Shown: in pieces, positions 59,679-64,000 of the stretch
Layout: each line of letters opens with the position of its first letter
How positions within the stretch are numbered: position 1 is the stretch's first letter
DNA from: Mucilaginibacter sp.
GTDB lineage: Bacteria; Bacteroidota; Bacteroidia; Sphingobacteriales; Sphingobacteriaceae
DNA: 64,000 bases
Reading direction: 5' to 3'
NCBI RefSeq assembly: GCF_028288205.1
Contig: NZ_JAQBOD010000055.1
Location: 36,434-100,433 of the forward strand
Made by a program: the position numbers and the translations under genes
Notes under the pieces: generated by a model
What the model saw: the letters and a program-made list of their open reading frames with translations, nothing else
Told to the model about the DNA's origin: nothing
The model's database searches: none

Positions 59679-60665
59679 TTAACGACGGAGACTAAAACAC
59701 TCTATCGAATTTAACAATGGTGACCCTCCGCTATTGCCTACCCCTGCCGCGGTATATATTTTCTTGTCGTAATAAATAGCTCCTGTAGCATGCCTGCCCG
59801 CAATAAGCGGTGGTAATGTTCTAAATTCGTCGGTTTTAACATTGTAGGCCTCCGCTTCGTTATGCGATATTTTCTGGACAGTGCTTTCTCCTGCTATTAT
59901 CAGTATCTCATTTTTTATAACTACTAAGGCATTGCCCGCTCGTAACGTGGGCAGCTTAGCATTTGCTGTGCTCCACTTACCGGTGTTAAAATCATAAACA
60001 TCCACCTCTGCAATAGTATTATTTAACAATTTCTTTTCCATTGCGTTTGATTGTACACCGGCAATACAATATAATTTATGACCAACAACGGCAGCTTTAA
60101 AATGATCCCTGGCCCTGGGGGCATCATTAAGTTTGGTCCATTGGTTAGTTTGCGGGTTATACTCATCAAACCATGCAACATTACCCGTCCAATGCCCGTC
60201 CAATATCCCGTTAACCAGGTAAAATTTATCTTTATAAACAACTACCCCACCCGATCCTCTTTGCCTGTCTTTAGGTATTTCTGCACCTACGCGCCAACTG
60301 TCTGATGCGGGATTATATATATAAATATTGGCAACCGGCTTTTCGTGCGGGAAACCACCCGTCATGGCACCGCAGATATAAATTTCATCTTTATATGCAA
60401 TGGCTTGGAAATGATTTAGTTCGATCGGCGGTTTTGCACCATTTGTCCAGGTGGATGTTTTTGGATCAAATACAGAAATATTTTTTATTCCCCGACCGCC
60501 CAATAGGTAAAACAGCCCTTTAATATTTACAAAATCCCCTTCTTCCCTTACTATAAAGTTGCCGTTTGTAGCTATAATTTCCCAGTTGTATCCTTTAAAT
60601 TGTGCATTAGCATTAAACTCAAGCAAACAAACTATAACAAAAATAATCAGACTAATTTTTTTCAT
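59679..60665 (-). CDS. secreted Kelch-repeat protein
   Basis: repeated Y..GG / YNP...W units; signal peptide. Confidence 0.88.
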   Translation of the reverse strand: MKKISLIIFVIVCLLEFNANAQFKGYNWEIIATNGNFIVREEGDFVNIKGLFYLLGGRGIKNISVFDPKTSTWTNGAKPPIELNHFQAIAYKDEIYICGAMTGGFPHEKPVANIYIYNPASDSWRVGAEIPKDRQRGSGGVVVYKDKFYLVNGILDGHWTGNVAWFDEYNPQTNQWTKLNDAPRARDHFKAAVVGHKLYCIAGVQSNAMEKKLLNNTIAEVDVYDFNTGKWSTANAKLPTLRAGNALVVIKNEILIIAGESTVQKISHNEAEAYNVKTDEFRTLPPLIAGRHATGAIYYDKKIYTAAGVGNSGGSPLLNSIECFSLRR

Positions 60666-60770
60666 AATTGAGGCAGTGCAAATTGGTTTAATATAAAGGA
60701 ATAAAATTTTACATAATTACAAACAATTACGGATGATTTGCGTTTTATGCAAGTTAACTTCTGATAATAA

Positions 60771-61400
60771 ATGGATAATAGTAGTACTGGGGAGTGGTAC
60801 CGTAGTGAAACCAAGATTTTCTGGAATGATATTGCAACTGATAATCATATAGTTCAAATTTACGATGACGACTCCATTTTGTTAAATACACTTACTAATT
60901 ACGTCATCGAGGGATTTAATGCGGACAATTGTGCAATTGTTATTGCAACTCCAAATCATTTGAATATACTGAACACGCGGCTTGTGAAATATGGCTTTGA
61001 CCTGAATAGACTAATGGCTACTGATGACTACATACCATTAAATGCTGTTGAAACGCTTTCAAAGTTTATGGTAGATGGATACCCCGATGAAAAATATTTC
61101 ATGGAAACGGTAGGCCCTATTATGAAGAGAGCTAATAAAAACGGAAGGCAGGTACGTGCGTTTGGCGAAATGGTAGCATTATTGTGGGAACGCGGAAACA
61201 GTAGCGCTACCCTACAACTGGAGCACTTATGGAATAAGTTTTGTGCAACAGAGTCTTTTTGCCTGTTTTGTGCCTACTCTAAAAGTGGTTTTAGTAATGA
61301 CTCCAGCGCCGCAATAATGCATATTTGCAGCGCCCACTCCAAACTGATCGAAGCAGACGAAAAATTTCCTTCAGAAATACTATATAAAAATGTTGTTTAA
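60771..61400 (+). CDS. stand-alone MEDS-domain protein
   Basis: H.VQ.Y, IVIATP.H, VRAFGEMV.LLW, LE.LWN, L.CAY, IC..H. Confidence 0.85.
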   Translation: MDNSSTGEWYRSETKIFWNDIATDNHIVQIYDDDSILLNTLTNYVIEGFNADNCAIVIATPNHLNILNTRLVKYGFDLNRLMATDDYIPLNAVETLSKFMVDGYPDEKYFMETVGPIMKRANKNGRQVRAFGEMVALLWERGNSSATLQLEHLWNKFCATESFCLFCAYSKSGFSNDSSAAIMHICSAHSKLIEADEKFPSEILYKNVV

Positions 61401-61561
61401 AAAAAGTAAAAACATTACTGCTTAATTATCACTGGTTTTATAATTAAGAAAGGCGGCGGGAAGCAAAATATTGAACCCGTTCCCATACTGCTGGTCACCC
61501 ATATTTTCCGTCTTCATGTTTAATGATCTCCTACAAAATATACAAGTCCAATCCACTGTTT

Positions 61562-62971
61562 TTACTTTTTTTGGTCAAATATTTTCCCCGGATTTAATAT
61601 GTAATTTTTATCGAAAACCTTTTTAATACCACGCCATAGCTCAAAGTGTATAGGCGAATACTTTATTGGCATAAAATCTTTTTGTACCAGCCCAATACCA
61701 TGTTCGCCGGATAAAGTGCCCTCTAAAGATACCGTTAGCTCAAATATTTCGCGTATGCCATCTTTCAGTTTGGTATTCCAGTCTTCATCACTCATGTTGG
61801 CTTTAATAATATTTACATGCAGGTTGCCATCGCCTGCATGGCCATAGCATACAGATTCAAAACCATATTTAGCTCCCGTATCTTTTATACCTTTTATCAA
61901 TTGCGGTAACGCCGCGCGGGGCACTACGGTGTCTTCTTCTTTGTATACGGAGTTTGATTTTACTGATACGGCCATAGTGCGCCTTATGCGCCATAACTCT
62001 TCCTTTTGTGCTGCCGATTCGCCAAAAAGTACATCTGTACAACCAAATTCTTCTAAAACAGTATTGATCTTTTCACAATCACCAAATATTACATCCGGAT
62101 TGGTACCATCAACTTCTATCAGCAAAAATGCGGCTACATCATCTTTCAGATCAAAAATTATCCCGTCATGCTCTATTACCCACTCTACCCCTCTCCGCTC
62201 CATGAACTCTAATGCCGATGGTACTATACCGGCCCTGAAAATAGCCGGTACCGCGGCGCATGCCGCTTCATTCGATTTGAATGATGCCAGCATCAAGGCA
62301 TCAGTAGTTGGCGCGGGAATAAGTTTAACCACAATTTTGGTAACAATACCTAATGTGCCTTCCGACCCGATAATCAACTGGGTTAAATTATATCCTGATG
62401 AATATTTTAAAGTGTTAGCACCCGTCCAGATTATCTCTCCCGATGGCAAAACTATTTCCAGGTTTAATATGTACTCGCGTATGGTACCATACTTTACCAC
62501 CCTGGGCCCGCCAGAGCCGTGCGATACATTCCCACCTATAAAACAACTGCCCTTGCTTGCCGGGTCAATAGGGTAAAGCAAACCTTTAGCGGCAACCTGG
62601 TTCATAAATTCTTCTGTTATTACACCCGGTTCAACAGTGGCCTGCAGGTTTTGCTCATCTATATTCAGTATTTTGTTAAATCGCTCCATGGCTATAAGTA
62701 AGCCGCCCATTATAGGCAAGGCACCACCGCTTAGCCCTGTACCCGCACCTCTTGGTGTTACAGGTATTAAATGCTCATTACAAAGTTTTAGCAGCGCTGC
62801 AACTTCCTGCGGCGATTTGGGTTTAGCAACAACCTCGGGATAAAAGTGCAGATCTTCCGTTTCGTCATGGCTGTATTTTTCCATGTCATTAGGCGTTATT
62901 ATAACCGCATCGTCACCTACAATTAATTTAATTGCAATTAATATATCTTCGGTTATTTTATTGTAAGTCAT
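61562..62971 (-). CDS. FAD-linked oxidase, GlcD/D-2-hydroxyacid dehydrogenase family
   Basis: PRGAGTGLSGG, GSEGTLG, GHAGDGNLH, SGEHGIG, ILNPGK. Confidence 0.93.
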   Translation of the reverse strand: MTYNKITEDILIAIKLIVGDDAVIITPNDMEKYSHDETEDLHFYPEVVAKPKSPQEVAALLKLCNEHLIPVTPRGAGTGLSGGALPIMGGLLIAMERFNKILNIDEQNLQATVEPGVITEEFMNQVAAKGLLYPIDPASKGSCFIGGNVSHGSGGPRVVKYGTIREYILNLEIVLPSGEIIWTGANTLKYSSGYNLTQLIIGSEGTLGIVTKIVVKLIPAPTTDALMLASFKSNEAACAAVPAIFRAGIVPSALEFMERRGVEWVIEHDGIIFDLKDDVAAFLLIEVDGTNPDVIFGDCEKINTVLEEFGCTDVLFGESAAQKEELWRIRRTMAVSVKSNSVYKEEDTVVPRAALPQLIKGIKDTGAKYGFESVCYGHAGDGNLHVNIIKANMSDEDWNTKLKDGIREIFELTVSLEGTLSGEHGIGLVQKDFMPIKYSPIHFELWRGIKKVFDKNYILNPGKIFDQKK

Positions 62972-62996
62972 AAAATTTAAAAAAATCTAAAATTAT

Positions 62997-63213
62997 CAGG
63001 GCAGACGTATTAAAATTTCTTTGCCCTCTTTCCGCGCAGCGAAGAGAGGGCCGACCAGCGTAGCGTAGTCGGGGTGAGTAATCGCCACCGTGCATTGGCG
63101 GTAATGTCGCTTTATTAGTACTCACCCGATCATCGCTAAGTCGCTCGATCACCCTCTCTTCCGCAAGCGGTAAAGAGGGTTGGGATGGTGGATTTTTTAA
63201 TGCGTCTGCCCTG
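62997..63213. mobile_element. MITE-like element, 19-bp TIRs, CCCTCT/AGAGGG REP-like cargo
   Basis: CAGGGCAGACGTATTAAAA / TTTTAATGCGTCTGCCCTG; flanks TAAAATTAT vs CAAAATTAT. Confidence 0.8.
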
Positions 63214-63372
63214 CAAAATTATAGATTTATGTATTATAAATTGATTTATATGTCATTAACTTATAAAACTCCAACCGGAAAGAATCACCGGGATGAGCAG
63301 CGTGGCGGTAAAATTCACCAAAAACAAACCGGCCAAAGAAAATTACCGGTATGATGAGATTATCCTAAATAA

Positions 63373-63726
63373 TTATTTACTGTAATTAATTGTAACGCTT
63401 GAATATTTGGTTTTGGCACCAACCAACGGATTGAGCTTTTTAATAACAACCTGTATAGTATCTGCAAAGGCATATTGTTTTTTTATCTCATTGATAATTG
63501 CCTGCGCCACCGTTTCAATTATTTTTTTGGGGAGCTTCATTTCTTCGCAGGCAATATCATAAAGCTTTTCGTAATTTACGGTATTACTTAAATTGTCTTC
63601 TTTAATATTGCCGGTTGGCGTAAAGCCAACCTCCACATCAACAATAAAATAACTCCCTATTTTTTGTTCTTCGGGGTAAAAACCATGATAGGCAAAAAAC
63701 TCCGCTCCGTGCAAGGCTACAATCAT
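63373..63726 (-). CDS. folB: dihydroneopterin aldolase
   Basis: FFAYHG.YPEE...G, D.L..TVNY, IE.VA, K..P; ATG 63726 or TTG 63732. Confidence 0.93.
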   Translation of the reverse strand: MIVALHGAEFFAYHGFYPEEQKIGSYFIVDVEVGFTPTGNIKEDNLSNTVNYEKLYDIACEEMKLPKKIIETVAQAIINEIKKQYAFADTIQVVIKKLNPLVGAKTKYSSVTINYSK

Positions 63727-63744
63727 TTTCAAAAGTAATTGTTT

Positions 63745-63829
63745 TAGTTGATTTAGTGAGTGGTGAATAGTGAGCAGTTAGCTTACTTTTTTATTCATCA
63801 TTCACTACTCACTATTTTCTATTCAGCTA
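63745..63829. repeat. inverted 7-nt tandem arrays, no cargo
   Basis: TAGTGAG TGGTGAA TAGTGAG CAGTTAG ... TTCATCA TTCACTA CTCACTA TTTTCTA; outer limits fuzzy. Confidence 0.8.
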
Positions 63830-63857
63830 TATTTGTTTAATACTAATTAAATGCCTT

Positions 63858-64000
63858 ATGCCAAAAACTGATCTTTTTGAATCGCCAGACTATTATCAAT
63901 TAGATGAACTGCTTACAGATGAACATAAACTGATACGCAAAAGTGTGCGCGATTGGGTAAAAAAAGAAGTAAGCCCCATAATTGAGGACTATGCCCAGCG
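63858..64000 (+). CDS. acyl-CoA dehydrogenase (glutaryl-CoA dehydrogenase-like), cut by window end
   Basis: MPKTDLFESPDYYQLDELLTDEHKLIRKSVRDWVKKEVSPIIEDYAQ... Confidence 0.8.
   Translation, partial: MPKTDLFESPDYYQLDELLTDEHKLIRKSVRDWVKKEVSPIIEDYAQ

Noticed and set aside
61423..61518. 31-aa minus-strand ORF MKTENMGDQQYGNGFNILLPAAFLNYKTSDN
   Set aside because: No recognisable motif and no clear promoter; cannot be supported.
62958..63152. 64-aa ORF in the track
   Set aside because: Lies within the MITE-like palindromic element; a by-product of GC-rich repeats.
63273..63358. Loose direct repeat of ACCGG..AAAGAA..ACCGG..GATGAG after folB
   Set aside because: Two degenerate copies only; explainable as a folB terminator-like hairpin plus chance similarity.
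1..64000. tRNA, rRNA, riboswitch, prophage or defence system
   Set aside because: No cloverleaf, rRNA-like stretch, recognisable aptamer, or phage/defence protein motif found by eye; tRNAscan-SE and Infernal/Rfam scans would be needed to exclude RNAs fully.

Overview
Chromosomal window from a Bacteroidota genome. T9SS type-B cargo, TAnnTTTG promoters and gene content suggest Sphingobacteriaceae, probably Mucilaginibacter-like (inference). The coding content is mostly housekeeping. It includes a split arginine biosynthesis cluster (GNAT, argG, argC, argD, argF', then argB-proC), gpmA, satP, an OmpA-family gene, metZ and a TetR-TolC-MFP-RND efflux operon. It also holds purB, nfuA, suhB, lgt, mtaB, ubiX, ppx-ppk1, yajQ, hsp20, a three-gene hydrolase operon, a MATE locus, folB and the start of an acyl-CoA dehydrogenase. 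No rRNA, tRNA, CRISPR array, transposase or prophage was seen. The unusual signal is non-coding. (1) A four-helix-bundle (23S-IVS/Avd-like) gene inside the arg operon is clamped exactly from start to stop codon by two inverted 5x7-nt arrays. Four cargo-less inverted tandem arrays occur elsewhere, three of them with similar (~35 nt) arms. (2) An unannotated 40-aa leader peptide with a run of rare Arg codons precedes the arg operon. (3) Two MITE-like elements share 19-bp terminal repeats but carry different REP-like cargo. (4) A transposase-less 539-bp cassette with perfect 20-bp terminal repeats carries a DUF1801-like gene inside a REP-like element. (5) Three candidate small RNAs have single-stranded parts complementary to typical translation-start regions. 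(6) A frameshifted YqaE/Pmp3 gene was missed by the ORF track. All family assignments come from motif recognition by eye; no database searches were run.
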